Of a stretch of 64,000 nt of DNA, positions 56,301 to 64,000 are shown one piece after another. The stretch is from positions 8,062 to 72,061 of the IMG/VR virus record IMGVR_UViG_3300043425_000676. One strand, written 5' to 3'. The notes under the pieces were generated by a model that saw nothing but the letters and a program-made list of their open reading frames with translations, searched no databases and had not been told where the DNA came from. How positions within the stretch are numbered: the stretch's first letter is position 1; each line of letters begins with the position of its first letter. The translations under genes were made by a program, and so were the position numbers. The DNA is from a virus.

Positions 56301-59300
56301 AGTTCATCGATGTCTTTTTGCAATCTTGGTATGTCTTGCGTCGACTGATTACGAGCCTCCCATAGCGTGTCCTGGATAGTCCTATAGTGCCTATCTCTTG
56401 CTTGCTCGAGTTTTTGAATTTCTCTTTCTAGCTTGAAACGCTGCTGAATACGAGGGTCGCCAACCGCCGCTGCAAACGTAGATTCAAAACCCCCTTCACC
56501 TTCTTCGTCCATGTCGACATCGCTCATGTCGATGATTCTTTCGTCTCCAACATCGTGCATGAATCTATAGATAAACCTGTCTTTTGTTAGCAAAACTTGC
56601 CAGCGTCGACCATCCTGCGGGCCTTCTGTCAAATATCTGTGCTCATGGACAGTGTTCCATCGATTCCCTTGCCTGTGACCTCGACCATTCCTTTGCTCAA
56701 GCGAACCAGGCATCCAAGGAGCGTCAAGATGGTGCATAGCGACAAGATTTTCTTGAGCGTTGACTCCAGTTCCAAGAGTCTCTGTGCCTCCAATCGCAAA
56801 ACGTATTTCGCCTCGATTCATGGCTTTCGCTGCTTCAGATCGCTGCTCCTTAGACATGGCGGAGAATATGGCTATCTCCTTTTCTGCCACTCCCTCTTCT
56901 ATCAGCCTGCGCTTGATTTCCTTCGCTAAGTTGTAAACCCTAACTCTTTCTTTGATAGGCTTTCCGTCGTTGTCCCTACCAACAACCCTTTCAGACCAAT
57001 CGGAGTGCCCTATCTCCATGAATATCATCTGTGTTGCTTTTGGGTGCTGATTGTAATAGTCCATGGCATTTACAATCATCTTGTTGATTTTTAGTCTTGG
57101 ATCGCGAGGGTCTACGCTTCTTGGATCAACTCCATCCATAAGCCTTGGATCCAGAGCCATCTTAACCCCTTCGTTGTTTATGGTTAGGGGGTTGTACTCC
57201 CTGGTCTTCATCATCTCATATTTCGTTTTCCCCTTTGCAGCCATAAGCTGAGAGTATCGTCGCTTCAAATCGTCGCTCATTCTTTTTTGAATGGGCATCA
57301 TGTCTAGCGTTTCATTGTGAACCTGCTTGTACGGTCTGCCGATAATAGGGTCGCCTTCTTCGACCCTTCCGTCTCTTGTTGGGCGAGGAACAAACTCCGG
57401 CATTTCATTTGCAAACACAGTGTCCATGTATTGCCCGATCGAAGCTCGCAACTCTGGAAGATTGACAAAGCTTGTCAGTCTTTCGAACTCTTCGTATGTC
57501 CCTCCGGCAGAAAGCTCGTCACTCGTTTCAGATGTAGCGAACGTGCTGAACCACCCATCCCACTCTTTTACACCAACAGCCTGCATTTCTTCTGGCATAA
57601 TAAAACGCTGCATGTTGTAAACTTCGTTTAGCGTGTTGGTTATAGGGGTGCCAGTGAATAGATAGACACCTCTTCCATTTTGCGTTCCCCGAATATAGTC
57701 AGAAAGCAGCATCAAGGAATTTCCGATATTGCTAGCTTGCTTGTTTAGTCCCTTGACCTGCTGTCTTGTTGCCAATGGGATCTTTTTGAAGATATGCGCT
57801 TCGTCAACCATAAGCATGTCAATCCCCATGTCTTCAATGAATATGGTTGATTCGTTTGCTGCATCTTTTTGCGCTTCAACTATCCTCTCCCTCAACCGCA
57901 TGCGTTCTTTTACAAGTTCCTTCGCCGTTCTTTGCTTGAGTTTCGCCAGTTCTTCTTTTCCTACATCGTCTAGGTTTGTTGGCATTCGACCCTTGAATGG
58001 ACTGTCATCTTCTTCAAATGCTTCTAATGCAGCCGCCTCCAGTTGATCCATTTGCTCCCGGAGCAATTTCTCTAGTGTCTCTGGTCGCATCTTCAAATTT
58101 TTAACAAGCGAATGCGGGATCACTATCAAATCCCAATCCTCCGTTGCGATCGAAGCCATAGCCTGACCCTTGTTATCAGAGTCGAGATTATCAACGTACA
58201 GTATCTTCGCACCAGGATACGCCTCTTGCGCTTCTCTATACACAGCCTGCGAGTTTGCGTTATGGGCGAAAAGTACGGGTTTGTTCGCCAACCTTAGCCG
58301 CCTAGATTCAATCGCAATAGATGCCATTGTAAGCGTCTTTCCGGTTCCGACTTCATGCGCAAAAAGCCCCTTGCCGGAAACGATAGCCCTGTAAACTGCC
58401 GCCTCTTGGTGCTTCCTCAGGGAAAACGGATCACTCCCTCGCTGAAGAGCAAGACCTTCAAACAGCAATGGGACTTTGATGTTCCTCCAGTCTGGAGTGA
58501 CAACTGATCTGTAGTCTTCATTGTAAGCATGGGAAAGCCTAGCGATTCTGTCCGGAGTTTGCCATATCCAGTCTTTGAACTTGTCTTTCAGTTCATCGAT
58601 CTTGGCGTTCGCCTCTAATGTTGCCGTCTCGTCTTTGTGCGAATTACCTTCAGAATCTTTGTAGAAAACGGAAACCCTTCCGTTATTCATTGCTGCTGCT
58701 ACCATCCTGGAAAACACTACTTCGCTGTGTCCGTGTGTAACAACCCCAGGAGACCTGTTGGCTGAGGTTGAAAAATTAACCTTCCATCCACGGGCCGCCT
58801 TCATCACCTGCGTGTTTTTTACATCTTCACCAAGCAGATCTGCGAAAAACTGCGAGTAATCTTCCGCTGTAACCCATGGAGCCCCGAGACCAACCTGAAT
58901 CTGGTTGTAGACAAGCGGTTCCGGCAGAACAGCCTTAGCAGCATCTATGGATTTCTCTAGTCCATCAACACCCTCGTTTTTCGCAGCTTCCAAACTCCTG
59001 ATCTTTCTTGCTATGTTACCAGACAAGAAAACATCTGCTGCATCGTAGGTGTCTTCGCCTGTTTTGTATATCAAATCAGCCTTTTGAAGTTCTTCAACAA
59101 CATCGCTTTTTGGTTTTCTTGCAAGCCTTGCAACCTCGTCAAAGTCGACATCGATTGAATCGTTTCTGGCTAACGCGAAAGCGTCAACTATATCCAGCTT
59201 TTCTCCGGCGCGTGGAGCTTGCCGAACGGTTGTGCGAGTAAAAACAGGTCGCTTTTCGTATTCTCCACTTGGTGTTAGGCTCTCAAGTGATGCTACTGCA

Positions 59301-62300
59301 TTCCCTATGGCATCCCCAGAATCTTTCAAGTACCCAATCGACTTGCTAGTTGAGATTGGGCCGTACTTCTGCCTAAATGAATCGTAAGCCTTGTTTAAGG
59401 CTTCTCGCTGCTTAGATGCGTCATCACCTCTCCCTTGCACCTCAAGCACTTGCTCTAGCGAATCCCTGACGTTTAACAATGCAACCATCTCATCGCGAAT
59501 CTTCTTTATGGTTGCTTGAGTGCTGTTTGCGCGATACCAACTCACGTAAGACTTGAGAGGCATCAATTGCTCTCCCTTGGCAATGTACAATTCATTATTT
59601 TGATGAACGACCGTGTTTTGCCGCAGCTTCTTCTCGTTCGGTCTCTCCTTGCCCTCGTTTTTAGCGCGATCCGTATTGATAATACCGGAAGGAACCGACT
59701 CGACTGCTTCTCTCCACAGTTCCTCAAGGTCTGATGGTTTGTTGACTATCATCCCTGGTCGACCGCTAGTAGTTCCACTGCCATAGTCCAAGGTGCCTAA
59801 GATGTTACCTGGGTTCTTAGTCCAGTATGCGTTTACAGAAACCTTAACCCCAGATGGAGTGTCTACTTCTACGACATCAATCCAATCGTCGTTGTTTGGC
59901 GATGGTTGCTCTCCTGGCTTCCTTTTTCTGATAATGATCAAGTCGGCTACAACCTTTGTTTTCGCATAGCGTTCGAAAGCTCCAGTTGGAAACCGAAAAG
60001 CAGCAACCAGATCACCCCTGTCGGACAATTGCTTTCTAAGAAGCTTAGCTTCTTCTTTCCCGTCCATTGTCATGTTGGATGTAACGAAAACCATCAACCC
60101 GCCTGGTTTTGTTTGGTCAATCGCCTTCCTAAAGAAATAGTTGTGTATCGAATACGGCATTCGATACATACGGTCTGAAATCTTGTAGTTTCCAAATGGA
60201 ACGTTTGTTGCAACAACATCATAAAAATCGTTCGGTGTCTTACTGTCCTGATATCCTTTTTGCTGTACGTTTATCTGCGGATACAAGATTTTTGCTATTC
60301 TAGCGGTAGCCTTATCTAGCTCTATTGCCGTAAAGCTGGTTTTCGACATCATGTCGCGAGGCATAAGGGCTGCGAAGTTGCCAATTCCAAACGAAGGCTC
60401 AAGAAACCTGCCACCCTTGAACCCCATCTTTTCAATCATTGACCAGATGCCAGAAACAACTTCTGGATCTGTGTAGTGAGCATTAGGAATGGATTCTTGT
60501 GCAGATCTCCATTCTTCCTCACCTAAATGCTCTCGCAGCCATTCGTTTTCAGACTCCCAGCCCTTTTTTACTCTTGGGTTGTTCCAGTTTCCTTGGAATA
60601 ACTCCTGCCCAAAAGCACCCCATCCAATGTATGAGGCTAGAACTTCCAGGTCTTCTTGCGTTGGAGGTCTGCCTGATTCTTCGAGCTCTTGAGACAACTC
60701 CAAAGCTTTTATGTTGCGATCGAACTTGTCCTTTAATCCACGACCTACAATGATTTCAGGGTTTGTAAGATGAAAATTGGGTCTTGTTGACTCAGGAGCC
60801 AAATCTAATCCTGCTCCATCTCCAGGTTTTGTGAATCCTCCTCCGGTTCCATCAGCAGCGACCCCTGGCAATGCAGTTGCGCCTCCGACATCGACATCTT
60901 GGATGTTGCCATCAGGTCTGCCACTTCCTTGCTGAATCGAGTCAGCACCACTATCGCGTACCCCTCCAGTATCCCCTGTCGCTTCAGTCGCTTGACCATC
61001 CTCGGGCTGTACTCCATCCAATTCCTCAGAAGCGATTGCACCAGCGGGCTCTTTTCCGTCAATGTCGCTTCGCTCAACTCCTTCTTGATTTGCTCCGTCT
61101 GCTCCTGCGTAAAACTGTTTTTCATCTACCGCACCCTTTAAGAAATCCTCCACGTTTCCAGCGGGATCCTGCACGAAACCACGGATGTTTAATGCTTCCC
61201 AACCGTCTTGCATGTACTGCGAAAACTCCCTGGCGAACGCATCGCCAAAATTCTCCACGATTGCTTCGACATAACCCTTGAAAGTCTTGACACCTGCCTT
61301 GGTGTACAAGTAAGCCACGCGAACTACCTCCGCAGAAATCTCTGGATCGACTCCAGACATCAGCTTGTTTCTAATCTTCTCCATTAGCGCCGCAGCAGCA
61401 TCATGCGCTATCTGCATGTCAGACTTTGCCTCTTTGAGAGTCTGCTCACTCTTGCGTGTCGGTTTTTTAACTGGTTTTTTAGGAAAGTTGGCGATAGCAG
61501 CAGTTATTTGCTCCATCAGCGTATCGAGTATAAGGTTTTGCCCTACTGGAAGCGTGTCGCTTATACCCTCTATTTTTTGATATGCTTCGTAATCCAGGGC
61601 GATATCGACAGTTTCGTACTCTCCTGCGTAAATCCTGTTGAAAAGATCACCGTACATTGGGGCCAGCGTATCGATAGTTTCTTGAATCCCCTCTGCGTCC
61701 TCGGGATCCCTTGACCAACCCAACAGTCCGTTAAGCGCTCGATCTCGATAACGGCGAACAAAATCCTGGCGGTCGATCTCCGCCGCCATTCCAGGCATGA
61801 TCGGAAGCACATACTGGCCTAGCTTTGTCTTCTCTGGCTCCTTGCGCCCCTTCTTAGGCGATGGCTCAGCCTTCGGCTTCTCCGTAGCCGTAATCGCATC
61901 AAGAGCCTTCAAAGCAGCCTCCACCCCCTCTGATCGCTTTGGTTGTTCTGCGACTGGCCCAACTGCCGCTGGCTTCGCCTCTCCAGCGAGTTTGCGTCCT
62001 TCGCTATCCCACTTCGCTACCGCCTCATTCGTGCCCTTGACGGTCTTTGGTAGCTTAACGCCTGTCCTAGCCTCAAACTCGCCTCGGTACGCCTTGTTGT
62101 TAATGCCCAACGCCTGAGCGATCACTGTTCCGCCAGCGTTCCACAACTCCTCGAACTTCGCTTGCGACTTTGCTGGCAACGCACGAAAATCCTTTGTCTT
62201 GCCTTCTGCGGACGGCTGCTCGGCTGGCTTGCTAGCCTCCGCTTCCGCCTTGCGACCCGCCTCGATCTTCATCTCCTCCATAACGGCGCGGATCTCTGTG

Positions 62301-64000
62301 CCTGTCGGCGTGTCAGCACCGTTGTAAAGCTTTCTCCTGATCGCATCCACATCATTAGCACTGTTAGCCTCAAAGCCACCCTGCTCCTCGATCGCCTTGC
62401 GGATCGCTGCATTCCTGTCGGGTTTTTCCGATGGTTGCTCGGCTGGCTTGGCACTTGGGTTTTTGTCTATCACCGCATCGAGGTTGCCACCCAAGCCATA
62501 TTCCTTGTGCCACTTCGCTGCTCTGCGCCGAACGGGCTCGCTCAGCTTTCGATTGCTGCCAATATCCCAAGCTACTTGCGATCGGTCAGCCAGTCCGTCT
62601 GGAAGTCGATCAAGGATCTCCTGAGCCACCGCATCGTCACTGGTGCGCTGAGCGACCCTTCGCATGATGCTTGACGCACGCATCGGGTCGGATTCGATCG
62701 ACTCGTCCACGGCTTTTCGCCAATCGGAAATCTTTTCTATTCCAGTAGGCACTGGCAGATCCGAAGGCTTTTCTTCTTCCCTCTCTCTGCGAGCAATAAC
62801 GTGCTCTGCATAGCGAATACCAGTGCTTCCAAGGTCACTTACTCCGTAGTTGCCTCGACCGTCTGGTCTTTCAAGGTACTTCTCCCCTTTTTCCTCAACG
62901 ACTCTCCAGCCTTCACCGACAAGTCTTTCAATCGCCGCCTTGCGAGACATGATACCCATGCCAGTGAAGTTGAGCTGTTTCTCAAGAAATTTTCGAGACT
63001 TGCCAAATTGCATAGGCTTGTCTGCATCGAAACCCTGATAGCTTGCGATCGCTGCTTGCTCTGCCTTGGCTTCTTGCTCTTGCGCACGCCTAAAGGCTTC
63101 GTCTCGCTTCTGCTTATCCTCTGCATTACGTCGATCTAGTTCGACTTGCCTTTGAGCATCCTCCAAAGTGTCATGCAGCGTGTCCCCGCCACCTCTCGCG
63201 CCATTGCCTCGAACGGCTATGTACTTTTTGCCTTTTGCAGTTCTACGGTAAAGCGAGAACTTTGGAAGCGATTCGACTTCTTCTGCCGACTTTGGTTCTG
63301 GAAGATCGCCTACTTGTACTTCCGCTTGTGCTGGAGGCTCTTGGCTCTCTGGCTGCGTTCGTACTTGCTCTTGCCCAGACCCACGTAGATCTGCGCCGCC
63401 TTCTTCTTGTCGTACTTCCTCTTGAGGGCTTCGTATTGCGCTGGCATCGGGGATTTCTCCTTGTGGTGGTGGTGTGACAGGCGGTTGTTGTTGTGCCGCC
63501 ATTTGTTGTGCGTATTCGCGATCGAGCCTTGCGGCTTCTTCTAGATCGATTACGGGGGTTTGCGCAGATTGCGCCTGCGACTCAAGGACAGCTTTTTGCT
63601 CAGACAGAAAATGCACGTTGTAGACTTTACCGTACTTTGCCTCTACGGCAGCCTTCAGCTCCTTCATTGCATCGTTAATAAACACATTGACAATGCCTCC
63701 GTCTTTTATCGAAAGACCATACCCTCCAGTCACAACTGCCACGCCGTTTTTCCGCGCAGTGCCGCCTGCAGTCCCAAGTCCTGCTGCTAACGCTGCCTTT
63801 TTATCCTTATCTACTTCAAAAGGCGCAGTAAAAAAATCCCTGCTTGAGTCAACCCCATTACTCAGCAAACTGTCTAGCTGTCTAGCTTGTGAATCTGGTG
63901 TCCCCTTCGATAAACCATGAGCATCAAATCTAACGCCTACGCTTGGATCTACTGTTTCGTATGGATCTTCTGAACCATCGGCTTTTATTCCCAGATCGGA
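50354..64000 (-). CDS. Giant DarB-like polyvalent protein (N6-MTase, SNF2 helicase, ART-like, HExxH); 5' end outside the window
   Basis: Frame open to the window edge; FLEPSFGIGNF/TNVPFG (MTase), HEVGTGKT/VDEAH/TGTPITN/LEQRNGRGHRQGN (SNF2), VVYHGT...FWFT...QIKSATGNRG (ART-like), FIHEFFH. Confidence 0.9.
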   Translation of the reverse strand, partial: SDLGIKADGSEDPYETVDPSVGVRFDAHGLSKGTPDSQARQLDSLLSNGVDSSRDFFTAPFEVDKDKKAALAAGLGTAGGTARKNGVAVVTGGYGLSIKDGGIVNVFINDAMKELKAAVEAKYGKVYNVHFLSEQKAVLESQAQSAQTPVIDLEEAARLDREYAQQMAAQQQPPVTPPPQGEIPDASAIRSPQEEVRQEEGGADLRGSGQEQVRTQPESQEPPAQAEVQVGDLPEPKSAEEVESLPKFSLYRRTAKGKKYIAVRGNGARGGGDTLHDTLEDAQRQVELDRRNAEDKQKRDEAFRRAQEQEAKAEQAAIASYQGFDADKPMQFGKSRKFLEKQLNFTGMGIMSRKAAIERLVGEGWRVVEEKGEKYLERPDGRGNYGVSDLGSTGIRYAEHVIARREREEEKPSDLPVPTGIEKISDWRKAVDESIESDPMRASSIMRRVAQRTSDDAVAQEILDRLPDGLADRSQVAWDIGSNRKLSEPVRRRAAKWHKEYGLGGNLDAVIDKNPSAKPAEQPSEKPDRNAAIRKAIEEQGGFEANSANDVDAIRRKLYNGADTPTGTEIRAVMEEMKIEAGRKAEAEASKPAEQPSAEGKTKDFRALPAKSQAKFEELWNAGGTVIAQALGINNKAYRGEFEARTGVKLPKTVKGTNEAVAKWDSEGRKLAGEAKPAAVGPVAEQPKRSEGVEAALKALDAITATEKPKAEPSPKKGRKEPEKTKLGQYVLPIMPGMAAEIDRQDFVRRYRDRALNGLLGWSRDPEDAEGIQETIDTLAPMYGDLFNRIYAGEYETVDIALDYEAYQKIEGISDTLPVGQNLILDTLMEQITAAIANFPKKPVKKPTRKSEQTLKEAKSDMQIAHDAAAALMEKIRNKLMSGVDPEISAEVVRVAYLYTKAGVKTFKGYVEAIVENFGDAFAREFSQYMQDGWEALNIRGFVQDPAGNVEDFLKGAVDEKQFYAGADGANQEGVERSDIDGKEPAGAIASEELDGVQPEDGQATEATGDTGGVRDSGADSIQQGSGRPDGNIQDVDVGGATALPGVAADGTGGGFTKPGDGAGLDLAPESTRPNFHLTNPEIIVGRGLKDKFDRNIKALELSQELEESGRPPTQEDLEVLASYIGWGAFGQELFQGNWNNPRVKKGWESENEWLREHLGEEEWRSAQESIPNAHYTDPEVVSGIWSMIEKMGFKGGRFLEPSFGIGNFAALMPRDMMSKTSFTAIELDKATARIAKILYPQINVQQKGYQDSKTPNDFYDVVATNVPFGNYKISDRMYRMPYSIHNYFFRKAIDQTKPGGLMVFVTSNMTMDGKEEAKLLRKQLSDRGDLVAAFRFPTGAFERYAKTKVVADLIIIRKRKPGEQPSPNNDDWIDVVEVDTPSGVKVSVNAYWTKNPGNILGTLDYGSGTTSGRPGMIVNKPSDLEELWREAVESVPSGIINTDRAKNEGKERPNEKKLRQNTVVHQNNELYIAKGEQLMPLKSYVSWYRANSTQATIKKIRDEMVALLNVRDSLEQVLEVQGRGDDASKQREALNKAYDSFRQKYGPISTSKSIGYLKDSGDAIGNAVASLESLTPSGEYEKRPVFTRTTVRQAPRAGEKLDIVDAFALARNDSIDVDFDEVARLARKPKSDVVEELQKADLIYKTGEDTYDAADVFLSGNIARKIRSLEAAKNEGVDGLEKSIDAAKAVLPEPLVYNQIQVGLGAPWVTAEDYSQFFADLLGEDVKNTQVMKAARGWKVNFSTSANRSPGVVTHGHSEVVFSRMVAAAMNNGRVSVFYKDSEGNSHKDETATLEANAKIDELKDKFKDWIWQTPDRIARLSHAYNEDYRSVVTPDWRNIKVPLLFEGLALQRGSDPFSLRKHQEAAVYRAIVSGKGLFAHEVGTGKTLTMASIAIESRRLRLANKPVLFAHNANSQAVYREAQEAYPGAKILYVDNLDSDNKGQAMASIATEDWDLIVIPHSLVKNLKMRPETLEKLLREQMDQLEAAALEAFEEDDSPFKGRMPTNLDDVGKEELAKLKQRTAKELVKERMRLRERIVEAQKDAANESTIFIEDMGIDMLMVDEAHIFKKIPLATRQQVKGLNKQASNIGNSLMLLSDYIRGTQNGRGVYLFTGTPITNTLNEVYNMQRFIMPEEMQAVGVKEWDGWFSTFATSETSDELSAGGTYEEFERLTSFVNLPELRASIGQYMDTVFANEMPEFVPRPTRDGRVEEGDPIIGRPYKQVHNETLDMMPIQKRMSDDLKRRYSQLMAAKGKTKYEMMKTREYNPLTINNEGVKMALDPRLMDGVDPRSVDPRDPRLKINKMIVNAMDYYNQHPKATQMIFMEIGHSDWSERVVGRDNDGKPIKERVRVYNLAKEIKRRLIEEGVAEKEIAIFSAMSKEQRSEAAKAMNRGEIRFAIGGTETLGTGVNAQENLVAMHHLDAPWMPGSLEQRNGRGHRQGNRWNTVHEHRYLTEGPQDGRRWQVLLTKDRFIYRFMHDVGDERIIDMSDVDMDEEGEGGFESTFAAAVGDPRIQQRFKLEREIQKLEQARDRHYRTIQDTLWEARNQSTQDIPRLQKDIDELSKMQKTYRDSKPQADKDGKVPEPVMTLGDVAGFPNKEIRGAESIGEALQDLFERYSVSSFATGDAKKKKVAEYRGIGIFILGKQMFAEKQYYEIKPSFSSMDGLLRNLGKRIENKNAEIEKKQAFVKSANESAKLPFVRQEQLDIKQKKLKSLVAEIEANPEGSPSWFRNIAPVGTSIYIRKRKRASGRQAVDDMQAEMFKEQMTGEPAQENVSYDIEEHAVTGYRSDTHVLYEENGESVAIEASKVLNEEGEPIYVEAKAANDEKNQAELSDNLRNLPPPLYQTAPDVNENMWSEALNLSIAAQDAGITNLRDFVAYSVKTIGRERTLQVSRFLRLAAEVAGMDGVQQAAAVSGITRDQVVTMAKRAFGRVLSDDQIEAGITLEDITAFGRNEIGFAPYGTPVPGQAMAQEDFDQPSGYKFNESDYRPAVVSYARDKWGEKIAPNGKPTWQNFVRWFGDSKVVDKDGKPLVVYHGTDKEFDVFDANYSVSPGFWFTSEESGALALGKTRPFYLSVKNPASLKDLAAARREVVSLGIEDRVEFNNAVIEKLEEAGFDGVQDERFKGVGGVGKDVWVALRPTQIKSATGNRGMFDPNNPNILMQNQQQGGSVKGWTKFISAHRALIGATNKADFSTFIHEFFHPMRLFLLDKSVPAEKRADITDEEIEALEKASGAGSFVNGKWVTKWDVKAEEKAAKMWEQYWYEGDSPNSVLDSLFQKISRWMREIYSGVQEITGTPLPKEIRDLFDKLVQRGLPADQRGGKGGEPVSRGEPVLRPANPVTSIQNEVANYMALLRGSPGLVDAESETMDEWLEEAGHRLRQDPTLGDRLVKELDDKLRSPDQIEVAVLQMHYRGLENAREAAEDRLFAAKDRKDSVAAAKALREVDLIVDAMEEMEKVDKKIGTLQARAFGARKITLRSDFSRAALLRRGRAANGGERLSAEQTRQIAELAAELAKVQGDLAKAEQVIADLQRQDGVRQVVDDDLKKAPKTKTKSEPRQKAATAVQSFVKKFSSIFKPKGGSDTLMQTEDERMAEEAESVVMAYVEAGVFSYGELLANLRKEIGGELPVQAQAAFATAWEKIKAQGEIPIPMVSPGDVEGLTRIAREIEMAIIESGIVTADQEDRVEVVLDAVWRSLQEIDPEITERQTMDALTGYGQFTPLSPDANKRLQRDINGQLLQMAKIKDLEAGIRPKATGVERREMSDDERALVRQVNEMKRNSNLYTEDEQGLLKTSIGAAMRATANRIRDLRKAMAEGKPITKTQVDLASKDKDLAEQKRILAEVTKDYREMFPRQGATKEQRLAAALRATDREIERVTEQLRTGDFSPRGRAEPVTSAELKAKQAELESLRAQRDAIKAQQNPKMSPQERAEVAYIANLKNRIADYEDRMAHGYFGAKPKKAPLESDEITKHKRRLEEIKEEFFRLAAEWRLSQLSPKERVFDWARETSFLARAIMTSMDLSAVFRQGGPGTFAHPMLAREAAKEMRRAIFSQEEEFNIAEQMSKHRLYSFAVQAKLEVTASAGRIQNQEEAYMGRWARDGIGKKGTKINKFSKAVLTPVAMSARAYTTYLNGLRFRLFTYFVDTLGANGQVTLDEAKAIANFINVSTGRGDFGSYNKVAANLSTVLFAPRYLASRFAYLGLPFYMLQDAKVSGRVKRLIAMEYARHALGVAGFLATAVALGGLLYDDDDEESPTVELDPRSTDFMKLKIGETRIDPLSGFGQIVTFLSQVGLGQKKTMEGEIIDIRGEKKKYGQDSTFDLTANFIRKKLAPIPAAGINIIAGEDVVGNKATVATATTGLFIPLAGREVVETLMARGVPEGPAIAMLNILGMSGGTYGPKTKYKNANAEERKKLIEKDLEAMEWDSKDPGYKDFLTKDELERFKQRREQRKQSLVYSASANPKRKDFQDDTTYAKAVAERDKALKTMIDGKIGPEEARLLLLAYWRRNNKTLYERKGQALVMKDALVERLRQITQKLNQK
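60805..61125 (-). CDS. Overprinted ORF nested in the giant gene (alternate frame)
   Basis: 106-aa protein-like helical sequence, AAGGG upstream of ATG; host frame becomes low-complexity D/G/A over this interval. Confidence 0.55.
   Translation of the reverse strand: MKNSFTQEQTEQIKKELSEATLTEKSPLVQSLLRNWMEYSPRMVKRLKRQGILEGYAIVVLTRFSKEVADLMATSKMSMSEAQLHCQGSLLMEPEEDSQNLEMEQD

Noticed and set aside
1-64000. CRISPR array, diversity-generating retroelement, retron, integrase/repressor module, rRNA
   Set aside because: I saw no regularly spaced direct repeats, reverse transcriptase motifs, tyrosine or large serine integrase, or rRNA-like sequence

Overview
This window is a 64-kb segment of a tailed dsDNA phage genome with a podovirus-like head/tail module, read in the standard code. 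The host is probably a planctomycete (inference from the style of its secreted proteins). From left to right: a minus-strand late/structural block (ejection-like coiled-coil protein, repeat tail fibre, tail tube proteins, LamG protein, holin-like gene plus S8 protease, capsid, scaffold, portal, terminase; 76-20634); a lone serine recombinase; a minus-strand accessory block with a fatty-acid hydroxylase, MazG-like protein, two DNA methyltransferases and many tRNA-like RNAs (22000-33700); a divergent plus-strand early block of small genes with ACAGGAGA ribosome-binding sites (34110-42969); a minus-strand replication/recombination block (primase-like, helicase, ERF, exonuclease); and a >4500-aa DarB-like polyvalent protein that runs off the right edge. 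The most unusual content is non-coding. (1) Two intergenic RNAs carry the catalytic core of the pistol ribozyme but lack P1. (2) A second, unassigned pseudoknot motif occurs three times in the same operon. (3) A family of tRNA-like elements shares acceptor and T arms but has replaced or missing anticodon/D arms, and sits between genes. (4) A ~500-nt densely structured region is a candidate large ncRNA. Together these suggest a phage that cuts and punctuates its polycistronic mRNAs with structured RNAs. All RNA folds were paired by eye and protein calls rest on motifs and synteny; no database searches were run.
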